NCBI GenBank assembly: GCA_976226885.1 | Contig: OZ320321.1 | Location: forward strand, 60,574,001 to 60,638,000 | Origin: Iphione sp. A-MEVVRFRX5 | Lineage: Eukaryota | Length of the DNA: 64,000 nt | Direction: 5' to 3' | Part shown: piece by piece, positions 14,001 to 28,174 of the stretch | Layout: each line of letters begins with the position of its first letter | How positions within the stretch are numbered: the stretch's first letter is position 1 | Notes under the pieces: model-generated | The model's input: only the letters and a program-made list of their open reading frames with translations | The model's database searches: none | Told to the model about the DNA's origin: nothing | Program-made: the position numbers and the translations under genes

Positions 14001-17000
14001 CCGTGGAATCCGATATGAATTGATTTCAGATTTAATATTACGAAAGCTAATACTTGTTATTCGTAGAAAAGGAATATGAACCGAAGTATACGGTTACAGC
14101 CAACAGATATGAATCCTGCCAGAGAGATTGTTAAAATGTGTATATATGATGTGTAATATATAAATATGTACCATATACCGAGTAGGTCTGTGTTGACATC
14201 GCTGACATCCACAATAATACCACATTTCCCTTACAATAACTACTGTCCTCTTCTAAACAAGGGAGGGGGACCTATAAGGTACTTCCACCAGCCATTCAAT
14301 CAAGTGGAACTAATTAGTTCTGCCTGAGTGAACATGTCTCGAAATCTACCAAGTGTGATACTGTGTGTGCAACCACCCAAAGTCTCCTACTGTTGGAGGT
14401 GGGGGACAAAAAATACAGCATTAAGTAAGAATGGTTTATGAGGTGATGAACCCACCAAGACCATGACGGAGGGTTGGAGGTTTGGAGTCTCCCCTCCCCC
14501 CCCCCCCACCCCCGCGTTCTATGAAGAGGGGCACGTCAAGTTCACCAGTATCGTAAAGATTTCCTCTCTAACTCACAAAAAGCCCTTCAAGTCTAAACCG
14601 ACGTTTAAACAGTATGAGGGTCAGACGATTCAGTCTTCATTAGTTCGCTATCTAAAAACAAACTGAACCGATACAGCCAGAGAGCAAGCACCGCAGGGCC
14701 ATTCCCTCCCTGCTTCACTAGTACCATGGATACATACTACTGATTTTAAATGGGAGAAAACAAACTGCAAGCAGCTACAGCGTACTAGAGAAGGGCCACT
14801 GAAATAAGCCAAAACGATCTGTTCAGTAGTCACAGAGAAAACATCGACCTAAGCCATCACGAAGAGGAGCCGATCCGGTGTCCCCCTAAACACTCCCCCC
14901 CACCTCCCCCGAAAGGGTACCCACTCTCTTAGGCTCATCTTGAGGACTTGTTAAACGGATAACCTCCTTACTGACGAAGGTAAATTTACTAGGAGAGCTG
15001 TCACAAAACATATACCTTCCTTACTCACCAAGATGAAGTTAATGTCATCACTCTATTCGATGCTTTTCTCTGGGAACTATCATATAACGTATCCTTCTTG
15101 TCCTTCTAATGATACAGATTGATTGAATTTACTGTCACTTTATGTAGTAACTCCTCTCTACGTGTTGTTACAAAACATACCCTCCTTGCCTAACACTGAA
15201 GAATGTACATAAATGTACTCGATGCCATGACTCTATGTAATACTCATCTCCTGAATCTGTTCTAAAACATACATGATGTCCTGCTACGGTTTCATGTTTT
15301 TTGTCCTGAACGCATGCCATATATTCTACTGATGTGATATTGTGATCAAAGGTCTGTTATCAAAGCCACCAGAGATTCAACAACAAAGACTAGGGTGTAC
15401 GAGACCTACCTGGGAATGGCTGAGGTACGACCTTAACTTCAGATATCGGCGAATATCAACATTTTATAAGGAATAGGTGGAATGTATAATGCAGTTTTAC
15501 GAAGGGAACGAAACGATACACACATTTAATTTTTCTTTTACGTGAGTAATGAGGAAAAAACACCTGTACGCTAGGGAAAATACACTATACCACATTTACT
15601 GTCACGGAGGCGATCATTTCCATGTGATAAAGAGAGGGTAAGGTAAGTGGAGGAGTATACTTTATCTTAGTTAACTGCTCATCTGTTATTGCTGCTCTCA
15701 AAATTGAAGCCTTCTTGCATGGTGCTAGCAAATAAAAATTACATATGTTATGAAATATAGCTTGCATGGGTATTATGGACACTCTTCTCAAAGCAAGTAC
15801 AGCACAAAATTACAAAGTGATGTCAAAATATCCTCTGAATTCTTAGAAGTAGCATTTGCAAGTCAGGAATCGTCGCTCACAGGCGAATATTTATCACCAG
15901 TGATGACATATCGTTTATTTTAAAGTCTAGGTGCAGGAAAATGGGGGGACCCAAAAAAAACCAACACTGCATTTGACAGTTCACATGAATGACAAAAAGA
16001 CGTTTGTTAAACAAAATGCTTAATAACACGAGTAAGATCTAAGTGGTTTAAAGCTTATTAGGTAGATTAATAAGTTTACAGTCGACCCAGATTACGGTCA
16101 AGTGTTTGTTTTTTTTTTAATATACATCTAGCTACTACATACTGCGCTGACCAGGTGAAGGCCATCCCGTTTACCCTTCTTCGCAAGGCATGGCAAAAAA
16201 TAGTCTCCCCCCGCCGCCGCCGAGCAGGGGACCAAAACTGACCTGGGAGAACGTCATCCGGAAATGCGTTTCAAAAGACACTACCAGAAAGGGGTCCAAT
16301 CTCTGTCATGAAGAGGCCATGCAAACTTAGACGATGTATATAAGTATATATACACAGTTTATTCTAAAGGAACTAGCAGAGGCTTGCGCTATAGAGGTTT
16401 TAATTTTCTCCCTGCAAAGTATGTTAGGAAGAGAGATTTTTGGTCCTTTTTTTCTTGGCTTATTTGAGTGTGGAATTTGGCGTCTTTTAGAGAGGGTTTT
16501 TTTCTGTTGCGGTATTAGCCTAATACGATAAGAATGGCGGTGTCTTCAGGAGTTGTCTTATGTCTAAGTGTGAGTTTGGATGGTAACCCTACTTGTGCCC
16601 AAGCGAGAGGAGGGCTGGTAGAGGTTTTTTTTTTTCTTTTTTTTTTTGCCATTCGGCCCTATGGTCCAGAGGTTGACCATGCGAGACCAACTTTTAGTTC
16701 CAGACTTGAGCCACAAAGGGGCGCCATGCATCATGCAGAACGGAGCAAACCAAGCGCGGGCGTTCACCTTGACCTTCACAGTGCGTCACGGTCTCCCACA
16801 CACACACCAGTGGGTTGGAGCTTACTCCCCCCCCAAAAAAGGGGGGAAAAAAGGAAAAAAAAACTTCCGACTTTTAACCCTCCGCCCCCCCAAAAAAAAC
16901 AATCAAAGAAGTTTTAATGATCGAAAAGAAAAACTGTAGTCCTGGAAACTCAATTTAAAGGGTTAGAGTTTGTTCAAGGGAGAGGGAGGTGGTGGTGGGG

Positions 17001-20000
17001 GGGGGGGGGGGGGGGCAACTGGCTCAGTCCGAACACATCCATCCCCAAAATGAAGAAAGCATCTGTTAACCTTAACCACAAAAATATCAGGGCACGGGAG
17101 GAGGGGCCCGGATTGGGGAAAAATGAGGGCCAGAGATGACTACTGGTAAAAATGCGAGAGGAGCAGGAGGAGGGAGGGGGGGCAGGTCGCCTGGTGTGCG
17201 TGCGTGTCGGAGCGTGACGAGGTGATGATGATGATGATGAGAAGAGGCAGTACGGCAGGGGATACGGACCGTACGCACCTGGGCGCCCGCGTACGACGTG
17301 CTATGGTTGATGACCACTTTGTGGATCTTGCCGAACTTGCCGAAGTATTCGTGCTTCTTGAGTACCTCGGGATCGGCAAGCCGCTGTGACAGGCCCACCA
17401 CGAAGACGAGGTTCCTCTGTACGACCCTGCGGCAGGAGAGGAGGGCGAGGCAAGAGGGCAACAATTAGAAAAACAACACTCAACAACAAATTCAGTACAC
17501 GCTGGTTGCCTACTCGGTATTGGCGACAAACATGGATTTAATTTCGTGCTGTCGGTGAAACGAATGTTTTCTCAGAAACAGTCTCCCCCTCCCGTGTAAA
17601 CAGTGGGCGAACAAAGCGTCATCGGAAACACTTCATTCTCTAATACTATTAGTCTTTTCTGGTTGCTTGTCTCCCTGGCCGATTCAAGGGGGGGGGGGAA
17701 CAGTCGAGATTAATTCTGCTATCTTCATGGAACAAAACAAAGGACAACAAATAGTCGAGAAAGTTGCCGGATGAGACTATGAGAGACCCTGCGCAGTTTC
17801 TCCATCAATATGAAACGAACCCGTGCCCTGGACCGCACCATCGCAGTGGTGGATGGTGGGTGGTGGGTGGTAGCTTTGCGCAGTTCCCAAGGGCAATGCA
17901 GTACAGATGGGGCTACTGTCAAGATCCTGGCGGGGGAGGGGGGGCAGCAGCCACTGGTCAGTAGCAGGCCCTTCACCACAGACGGAGTGCTACTCCGACC
18001 AGAGCTCCGCCCGCCCGCCCGCCTGGCAGCGGCCGAGGCTGGCGGCATGCAAATGGAAGGCCGAGGGCATTCAACTCGACAGGGCCCTACCCCACCCGGG
18101 CCCACCAACTCAGCTTAGTCCACTCAGAGTAGCGATCCAGACAGCTTATGGATCCATCTCCAAATATATCCATTGATACGTCCAGTGGCCGCCTGTTGGC
18201 GCTCGTCCGGCAGAGGACGGCGGGACATGGAGACTTTACGTCGTCTCCCAGTTTGATTCTAAGGCCTACTACGTTCCTAATCATCTCCTCCCTTGTTCTT
18301 CGTTCGGGGGGGGGGAGGGGGCCCATTCTTTCTTTATCACTAAATTATGAAGAAAAAAATCCCTCGAATATTAATGATTGAAATTAAGTCAAAGGGAATT
18401 ATAGTCTGCATTTTTTAAAGGCGTGACCTGGGGAAGTCGCACGAGACCAAAGAATCATTCGACATGGGACTCGCTTTAAAAAAAAAAAAAAAAAAAAGCC
18501 CCCCCCCCCCCCGGGTCCCCCAGAGCCGGCGGCATCAGGGGCAAGGGGTTGGCATGTCTAGAAGGCAGCAGCCCACTGTCTGGTTATCGCAGAAGATGGT
18601 CGGCGCTGGCTACTACTGCCTCTGCCTTCACCCCCAAGGTTTTCACTGACAATGGTCGGACTGACTCGAGAGGTGGTTGTGCAAACAACTTCCTCCACGT
18701 GTGCCCTTCATAGAAACTGCTGGACATGGAAGTTTTTTCAAATGTTTTCCTACCACCCGTATCTGTAAAGCTATGATGCCGAGGAGCAAATTTCACAATG
18801 TGCTTTGTTACATACTGGCGATTTGCGTGTATTTACAAGATTTCCATAGTTCAAACAGAAATAAATCCAACAACGCATGCACGTTATACCAACAGCAAAG
18901 GGACAAAAGGTATTTTATTTCGCAAATTCTTTTATCATGATTTAAAAATGGGGTAATTTTGGCATTAGCTCTTACCTGACATTTGCCAAATGTTTCCTGT
19001 TTTCCGCAGCTTTCTGTTTCCGCTGCAGGTCCTTCTGGCGCCTCTCTTTCTTGATTCTCTGTAGTCTGGAAGGAGGAAGATAACACACGTTTCAGACGGT
19101 ACGGTACACTCGTACAATAAAAAAAAAAAGGACAAATTCTTGTTAACGATTTCAACGTTTTTTGAAACGATCTAGTCGGACTTTCCAATCAGACCGACCG
19201 GCCGAATCAATAATACTCGACAGGTCCAGTCAAAGACTGCTAAACGCTAGCTTGCCATTCACTTCCTTTTTAAAAACGCCACAACATGACTGGTAATACA
19301 CAAAGCCAGGAGAAAAGCACTAAGCACGAACCGCAAATAGTGCATATGCGCGTAGATATCTTTGCCGGGAGCCATAGCGCTAACGCTCGGCGTTCACAGC
19401 GCGACTGGCGCTAAGTGAAATGTCGTCTGCTACACTACAAACATGTTTCCTCCGCAGACCTGGCTATTGCTCAACACCAGGCAGCTCTGTACAATGTACT
19501 GCCAAGGCACAGACGATTGCCCAATGACGCAGAAACGGACCCAACTGCATGGTGCGCAGATCGATCCGTAATCCGGGCGAAGGGCGGTGCCGAGAAGAGG
19601 AGAATGTAAGCCACGAAGCACATGACCGGAGCAGACACGTTCATCTCTCACTTGTTATATTTTCATAATCATAATCATATAGTATCACATTTTGAGCACC
19701 GAAGCAGATAGGTTTTATGTGGACGAGTGGACGAGCAGAGAAAAGTAAAGACATTCCTAGTAAATCATTAGCGAAATACCTTCCCTTTAAAATAACTGCC
19801 ATTCTTTCGACTGTACGTTCGATCTCTGGACCCGTTAACTGTCCGTACGGTTCACGGTCACGAGGAGTTGAATGGCAGTCCTCTTTTTCTTCCGTCATGC
19901 TTTCATTCCACTCCCATACATGGGCATTAAAATCACTGCCAGCTGAGGCAGAAAATCACACGCCTGTTATTAACCACATTGGGAGTTCCAATCATTGTTG

Positions 20001-23000
20001 GGATTATTGCTGGACACGCTGCCTTGACAGTTCACCTGAAGACAACGACCCCAACTCCCCACCCACCCCCCAACTCGAGTCGTCGCAGATTGCGTTTATT
20101 ATTTACCACGGAAAACCCAAGGAATTTCGGCTCCCAGAGAAATCACGCCGGACACGCCCGGTATATCAAAGCCCACGAGCACGTTATTATATCATACTTT
20201 TCATTTTTTCTCTTCGACCGTTTCACTTTTCAAATCTTAACTCATAACTGCCATGGTTCTGATGTCTTTTAAGTATGTCTGGGTTGTAGCAACGTACAGA
20301 AATCGCCCAATTTCATTTCTTTACAAAAAGGGAGCCTTTTACGGGGTGCGGTTACGGAGTCACTTCCCTAATGTATCTCAATCGTCATACTGTTGGACCA
20401 ACTCAAACGACACGTTGGTGCTGCTATTTGTACCGGCTTTGATCTTTGTTTCGATTCTACATGTGAACAGATGTATATCGATACAAAAAGAAAAATCAAA
20501 CAATGTTCTGTGATACGTAAACGTTAGCAACCTTTAAATATACAGGTCATTCAGGTGAAAACGCGGGGGGGGGGGGGTACTGCAGTGCAGGTCATACTGT
20601 GTATATGTGTATACAGGAAATATGCGCACCGTTGAAAATAGTCCCACATCCCGTGTCACAAACCAGTACCTGAGTAAGTAAATCTAGATAATAGCATTGG
20701 AAAGCGGACAAATACTGCAGTGAAATGTGCAGCGAGACCCACTACTAATGGTATAGATCAGCGGCGGCGTGTTGCTTCCCACTGGTCAGCTCTGCCCCAC
20801 CGCTGACGTGGCTTGGGGGGGGGGGGGCGTGCAGTGGGGTCTCTCGCACACCTGTCAACAGGTCCGGCCACGGTGACTAAGGTTTTCCTTACAACCTAGT
20901 ATAATCCCCCTGTATCCATGGGGCCCACCCAACCTCAAGCCGCCCATCTCCGTGGCCGATGCCCTTGACAACCCAGATTATCGCCCCCTCCCTCCCTCCC
21001 CCCCCACCACCTCTCCCACATGATCGAGGCCTCCGCAAATCACCGAAATCGGTCATAAATTCAAGCTGGCGCCATTCATCACCCGCTGATCATCATCTAC
21101 TCCTCTGACCTTCCTCTTGCTCAATGGCCACCGCTTCTCTGACCTGCTGTCTTTCCCCCTATTTGCTTTAAAACAGTCAAGCGGATATACAGGTATACTA
21201 GTACATGTACATAGTTTCTAACCTTAATGACGACAGCATGCCTCTCTATGTACATGTACATGTGATAATGACAAATAGAGCTAACTAAACCGAGCTCTTT
21301 ATCACCGGCAACGATTTACATCTGATTTCTCGCTGATAAATGGCACAAACGTTATTCATTAGACGAGATTAATTGTCCTTCTTCGAAAAACAAACTTTAT
21401 TCCATTCTCCCTCATTTAAGGCGTATACGGTACGGTCTTGCCACCAGGAAAGCACCCACCCGACGTCATACACCAGAAGACAGTTCCGTGCTGTGCTCTC
21501 ATGAATAATTTCTTCCATCGTCTACCGAGAGAGGAGGGATATAGAGACAATATCACCATGACTTACGAGATGCAGCATGACACTAGCATCACTAAAAGCG
21601 AAGTTTGCTTCTCGAGACAAGCTACATGCTAGTGACTGAGTACGGCTCAGCCAGCCTGGAAGAAGTAGGCAGGCGGGGTTCTTCAATGCACGGCGAGTCA
21701 GTCCAGCTGACAACGAAGCAGCCGCAAGCTCTCGCTCGGCCAGAGTTGAATAAGAGCAGATCATCGTCACTAACCTGACACGGAGGAGTCGGGATGAGTA
21801 TCTAAGATCAAACAGTCACACGTGTGAGACAGACTACCGTTTTGAGTTAACAGTATCTCTGCAACTTAAAACTACTTAGTACACTTGTCAACATGTAAAA
21901 AATAAAGTGAGAGGCAAAAATCGAGCGCCTATTTTCAACCGTGGGCCAGAATCGACCCCCAACAGAGAGTGTAGGAAGGCAGCCTTTTCTAACACGACGC
22001 CTGGTGGGCAAGCGGCACGTCTGAAATTGATGACAGTGACGTCTAGCGGCAGGCGACCAGACGGCGGTAACAGATGCCTCGTCCTCCACCTACCACCCCT
22101 CATGACCAACCAGTCTCTGTGACCGCTACATTAATCCCAGCCTTAGCTAAAGGAGTTCANNNNNNNNNNNNNNNNNNNNNNNNNNNNNNNNNNNNNNNNN
22201 NNNNNNNNNNNNNNNNNNNNNNNNNNNNNNNNNNNNNNNNNNNNNNNNNNNNNNNNNNNNNNNNNNNNNNNNNNNNNNNNNNNNNNNNNNNNNNNNNNNN
22301 NNNNNNNNNNNNNNNNNNNNNNTGGGTGGGGAGATAAGTAAGTAAGGTTAGGTAAGTAGGTAGTTAAGTAGGCTAAACAGGATGGGTGGGTAGGTGGGTG
22401 GGTGGGTAGGTAGGTAGGTAGGTAGGTAGGTAGGTAGGTAGGTAGGTAGGTAGGTAGGTTATATAGCATAAGTAGGTAGGTTAGATAGCATAAGTAGGTA
22501 GGTAGGGTAAGAAGAATAGGTAGTTCTGTAGGTAGTTCGGTAGGTACATGTACTCCTCTTATCCTAGAGCAATTTAGCTTATACAACGATTCTATACTGG
22601 AATTTATATTAGCATCTGACCGGCCTTGAACCCACGCCGACGACAGAATCAACTCCAGCTATTATGCCTCTTATCCTTAACAATACGAGTCAGATGAGGA
22701 CCCGCTCAGACAGCTTAATGGCCTTTCTGGAACAAGTTTCCCGGCTTGGTGCACGGTCCCTCGCCACAAGCAGCTATGACACGTCGTCGTCGTGTGCAAC
22801 ATGTAAACAGCTACATGCCAACATCTTCTTAGTTTATGTAGCTGTCACCTTCAAAATATGTCTCTCAGAACAGCCCCATAAACAGGAACACTCGGTGGGT
22901 TTCTACATTTGAGAGTTCAACAAGGTTCTGACTGACAGCTGAATGACCGGAAGGTCAGGGGCTCAAACAGCAGCATTCCTATAAATTCTCGACCTGCAGG

Positions 23001-26000
23001 TGAGAAGGGCCTAAAACTTATTATCGAGTAATGAAAGTAGACTGATATGTCCATATTAATTCATGTATGAAAAAAAATAGACTGGTAAAATTTACCTAGA
23101 ATTTACTTCAATTGTTCTTTAATATACCCCATAAATATTAATAAAACGCATAACAACACTAGTTTCCCACCCGAGTGTGTAAAGGAATAGATCAACACCG
23201 GCGCTTTCCTAACACGTTAACAGTAAAACGTCTGAGATGGACAGCTCTACAACCCTCCCACCCCCGACCTTCTCGTTACTACAGACTTGGTGGTAGCAGT
23301 TGCCGGAGCTTCCAATCACAACTGACCAAGGCTGGTTTTTTTTTTTGGTTTTTTTTTTCTCCCCCTGTCTTGTGGCCCTCCCTGTTCGCCATGGAACAGG
23401 TTTCGGCCGGCTGGTCGCCTGTATAAATCACGGCGGCGGTCCGGCGCTCGTCTAGCCGTCAGGGGCTAGTTACGGGTTGTTTATGGCTGGCACCAGCCGG
23501 CCCGACATGATCCACTAACCACCACCCACCACCACAACCACCACCACCACCACCAGTCGGCAAAACAGCCAGACCACCGAGTGACAGCGCAACACAAGCC
23601 TCTGGTCAGGCCTGCTGGCCACACGGAGGCACTCGACGGGCCTCGAACATTCAACTGAGTATACGAAATATTACAAATACAAATACGGTGCAGCACCTGT
23701 CAATATCGAGTCAATAAATGTCCGAAATTATCGTGCTTCTAGCGGTCGAGTCTGCTTTCTCCTGGATTTCTATTGCAAATAGGGTTAGGTCCCGAGTGCC
23801 GCACCACCCTAGACAGCGCGAGGTCCACACCGACCAATGAATGATAACCAAATGATTTATTTAGTCATTTATTCCTGCGTCGTCGCCGCCATTTTGATGG
23901 CACCGGCCGGCTGTGCCGTTTCAGCATTCTGCACGTGATCCTCGTCTCATGTCCAACTGGCTGTACCGCTGCGTTGCTGGGCAACACTGACTCTTCCCTG
24001 CCCAGCCTGACTCACCCCCCCCCTTCCACCTCCGTTCTCTAGAGGCCTGGGTGTCTAGCCTTGAACGTTACACAGAAAGTTCACTCATCCAAGATACGGA
24101 CAGTACAGTATGATGACGCATCACGTCTTGCATCCTTCATGCAGTTTTCTTCTATTTTTGTTGTTGTTGTTTTCCCAAACAATGATGCACGTGCTGACAT
24201 CATATCGGATACCCTCTCCAATTCCTTCGTCACTGGTAAGAAAAGGGGAAAAAAAGCCCACCCCTTTTGCATACTCAGGACCTTCTCAGCTGACCTGATG
24301 CGACGATAAGTTAAGGATAGCGTTTCTCAACAGCAGCAATATATTGTATCCCATCCGCACGATTTCTATCCACTATTTCAACCAGAACACTTAAAATATG
24401 TGTTTCACATCCGATACAGATGTACACAAACGGATGCACATTCACCTGCATCCGTGCACGGACCCTGTCTTAAGGCTCTATTGGGGGTTGACGTGGACCT
24501 ATATACACAACAGCCAAAGACGTAGAAAACCCTACCAGACCTTCAATTCTATACAGTAAAATAGTTAACCGACATCTTATCTTTCAATGTACAAAAAAAA
24601 CCGGACAAGTACACTATATTTCCCCTTGGTGAAGTCACTTGGTGGCCCTTAAAAAACCCGAGCCGTACACCACGTCTTGATCAAGATTGAGAGTCTGCCG
24701 GGACGGCGGCTGAGGGATAGGAGAGAAGGGAGTGTTTACTTACTCATCTTCTGTTAGCGGTTTGAACTCTGCCGGGTCCTCTGGATATTGCTGCAAGTAG
24801 ACAAGAAAAGAAGCAGAGTCAATACTGTAGTCTGGCCTGAGCGTAGGTACGTGCACTGGACAGCAGTGAAGCCGACCGGCGGCACACATGGACAGTATAC
24901 GGCTAGAGCTGACACTTTGACGGTTTGTATTAGCTGTAGTAGGGCAGGCAACAGCTTTACGACTGAGGGTAAAAACTGAGTATAGGAAACGAAGAAAAAT
25001 ATCAGACATACATTTGCACCCGACCAACCTCAGTTACTTAAAACTGCATTTACACAACTGTGAAATGAAATAAATAAAAATAAGTCATCATACAGCCATC
25101 ACTCTTCTTGCAACTGGGACACTGGGCAATGTTTCCCGACCGAGTCACAGGGCTGACATCTGGCATACCCGCTCAATCAAAACCAGCAGTAGCCAGGCGT
25201 TTTACCAGGACCATCTCTTACTCGACAAGGGATAGAGATAAGAAGGGCAGAGAGATGGGTGACAAAAAGAGGAAGANNNNNNNNNNNNNNNNNNNNNNNN
25301 NNNNNNNNNNNNNNNNNNNNNNNNNNNNNNNNNNNNNNNNNNNNNNNNNNNNNNNNNNNNNNNNNNNNNNNNNNNNNNNNNNNNNNNNNNNNNNNNNNNN
25401 NNNNNNNNNNNNNNNNNNNNNNNNNGTGTTTGGGAGGTTTCGGTGGGTGCAGTTCGGTTGATGCATTCCTAATCAACTATACAAGAAACGCTCTCTACAC
25501 CAAATGGTATGAACCTTCGATACCAGCAATATCGGATCTCGACAATAAACGTGAGAGACATCCGTAGAGCTCTGTCAGGACGGTGATATCACACATAAGT
25601 AGGTTCAGCATACCATCTGGCGTAGATCATACCCAAATGAAAGCAAAAATCCTCATCAGAGAGCTTCGAAGGACCAAATGACGGGCCTAATGCCCCACGG
25701 AAACCAGGTCAAGCTCTCTCTTGTATGAGGACAGTTTTGTGTAGGCTATGGTTTGTCGGGGGGGGGGGGACAAGTTTCACACAGGGACGACCTGCTGGAA
25801 TGTATCTATCAGATGCAGTCAACTGGTGGCGAGGTATGTCGGGCGTGGACGGGATCGCTTCGAAATGGGACGACGACGACGACGACGACAATAATAACGA
25901 GCGCTACTTGACTGCAGAAAGGCATGTCCACTTAACGACTACAGTGCGAGAGCAAAGGCCCCTAGTTCGCCATTGTTTTATTAGTAAATGCAGAATCAAA

Positions 26001-28125
26001 GGATCTAGGTGCTGTTGGAAAACGGGATTACTGGCCCAATGTTTAAGGTACAACGTTCTCCTCCGAAGCGACAGTGGTATAGTTTCCTCCTCCATCTTTG
26101 GACGTTGCGGGCTGTGTGGTGTCACTATTTCATATAACGAGGACACTATGGTGAAGTCCGACTGTAACACGCCGCAACAACTGTCCAACTAGCTGAGACT
26201 TTTTTTTTTTTTTTTAGGCCCAACCTTATTTTTACGTTCATTTGAACATGACTCCCTGACACTGTTTCGTCACTGACGCTGACCCTTGCCGTCCCCGGGG
26301 TCTATTTATTACATGCGTTACTCCCATGCATGTCTTGGTGTCGGGAGTGAAAAAATGTGGACCTGAGAAGCGACTGCTGCAAACATGAAAAGATAAATGA
26401 TAATTTCGTGTGGGTACACCTGGCTCCCTACCGCTGAGTACCAGTCATCTGCTTATACCTCAGTTCCACGTCTGTCGGACTTGAAGACTGCATCGTAGGC
26501 CACCGCTATCTCAACAGACATTGTCATCACGTCGAACAGAACATGTGGCGACATGGGAAGAAAGTGCTGCGTGCAAAATAAAACGGTGGGGGTGGGGGGG
26601 TTGCAAAATATATCGGTTTGGAAGGTAGTAATGAGAAAACAGGTTATCTCTCTTTTATTTTTCAGAGGTTCAGTTACTGGGGATTCGGTTAACCTAATCC
26701 TGAAATAGAGGGAAATACTAGAGAGAGAGTGTGTGTCAGAGAGAGCGAAGGAGACAGATAGCAAGGCCCACGTAGCTGGGGAGAAGAATCTGGGTCGAAT
26801 GAGTCAACTCTGGATAAACCAAACCTATCTAGCAGTGTGCACCCTGTTGCTGGGTGCAGGTGTATATATACATGCGTGTGTATGTAAGTTTGTATGTCTG
26901 TGTGTGTGTGTCATGTGGAGAGGGGTCTTTTTCCGGCTGAGCCCTTCAGCCCGCACCTCATCCCCCGATTTACACACGCGACCTACAGCTGACGGGCCCT
27001 CTGACATTTCCACGTACCCGGCATGTGTGTGTGTGTGTGGGGGGGGGGGGGGGTTTAGGATGGGCGGGGATGGCCTCGAACCTGGAACCAAGAGACTAGG
27101 GAGCGTCCCCCCCCCCTCCTTCCTGTCCTCCACCAAGGTGGACGGACGGATCGGTGGGGCAGGAGTCTGAGTCATCCGACTCGGTGAAGATCACAGTGCT
27201 CAGTCAACAAGTATGTCACTGAAAGACCCAGGAAAGAGTCACTGACATCACCGCTGACACATGACGGTGACAGCTACATGTACTACTTTTTGCAGGCCCG
27301 TTTTCACTAACTAAATGAGCCCTTGAGTGAACAATTTACCGTTAGTACCAATAGTACAAAAGGGGATTGGTCCAAAATTTAATTCTCGGCTTCTTTACAA
27401 TCGTGTTTATTTTTTCATTANNNNNNNNNNNNNNNNNNNNNNNNNNNNNNNNNNNNNNNNNNNNNNNNNNNNNNNNNNNNNNNNNNNNNNNNNNNNNNNN
27501 NNNNNNNNNNNNNNNNNNNNNNNNNNNNNNNNNNNNNNNNNNNNNNNNNNNNNNNNNNNNNNNNNNNNNNNNNNNNNNNNNNNNNNNNNNNNNNNNNNNN
27601 GCAGAATCACTTATTTTATTAGGCTTTCTTGGGTTTCATTCATGTTCTATAGCGAATATTTCACCATCAGGTGGTCTCATCTAATATATCTATGCAGGTT
27701 TACCATACTGTATGGAAATCAAGCAGAGCAGGGGCAAGAGATCCTTCCTCTCCCTCGAGTTGTGTATGCCTTCTACATATAACCAAAATGGCTCATTGAC
27801 AAAGTAGTCATCGTCCGTCGGGGATCCGTCTACCGCAGCTCATTACCCCCCCCCCCCCACAAGCCCCGCCCCCCCCCCCCACACCTGCGGCGAGTGAGCG
27901 GCGGCGGCGGCGGGGGCGCAAGAATAGATCTAAATAGCAGCGGACTGGCCACCACAACGGCCGCCGCCACCACCACCACCACCTCCTACCATTCGGTAAA
28001 AGCTTGGCCTTGCACGAGACCACCAGTACAACCGACGATCCCCAGCCAGTCAGCCACACACGTATGAATGTGGAAAAACACTGCCTAAAACCATACCCCC
28101 CACCGCCCCCGCACGCACACGCACA

Positions 28126-28174
<49 letters not shown>

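Noticed and set aside
13690-14100. Integrase-like RPWNPI*IDF fragment
   Set aside because: Too short and broken, with no further DDE motifs
15089-15096. U12-type donor look-alike GTATCCTT (also ATATCCTT near 28914 and 37736)
   Set aside because: Not at any exon boundary; all readable CNOT4 donors and the SCNM1 donor are U2-type
24641-24660. Histone 3' stem-loop-like GGGTTTTTTAAGGGCCACC (minus)
   Set aside because: The 5' arm does not pair with AGGGCC and there is no histone ORF
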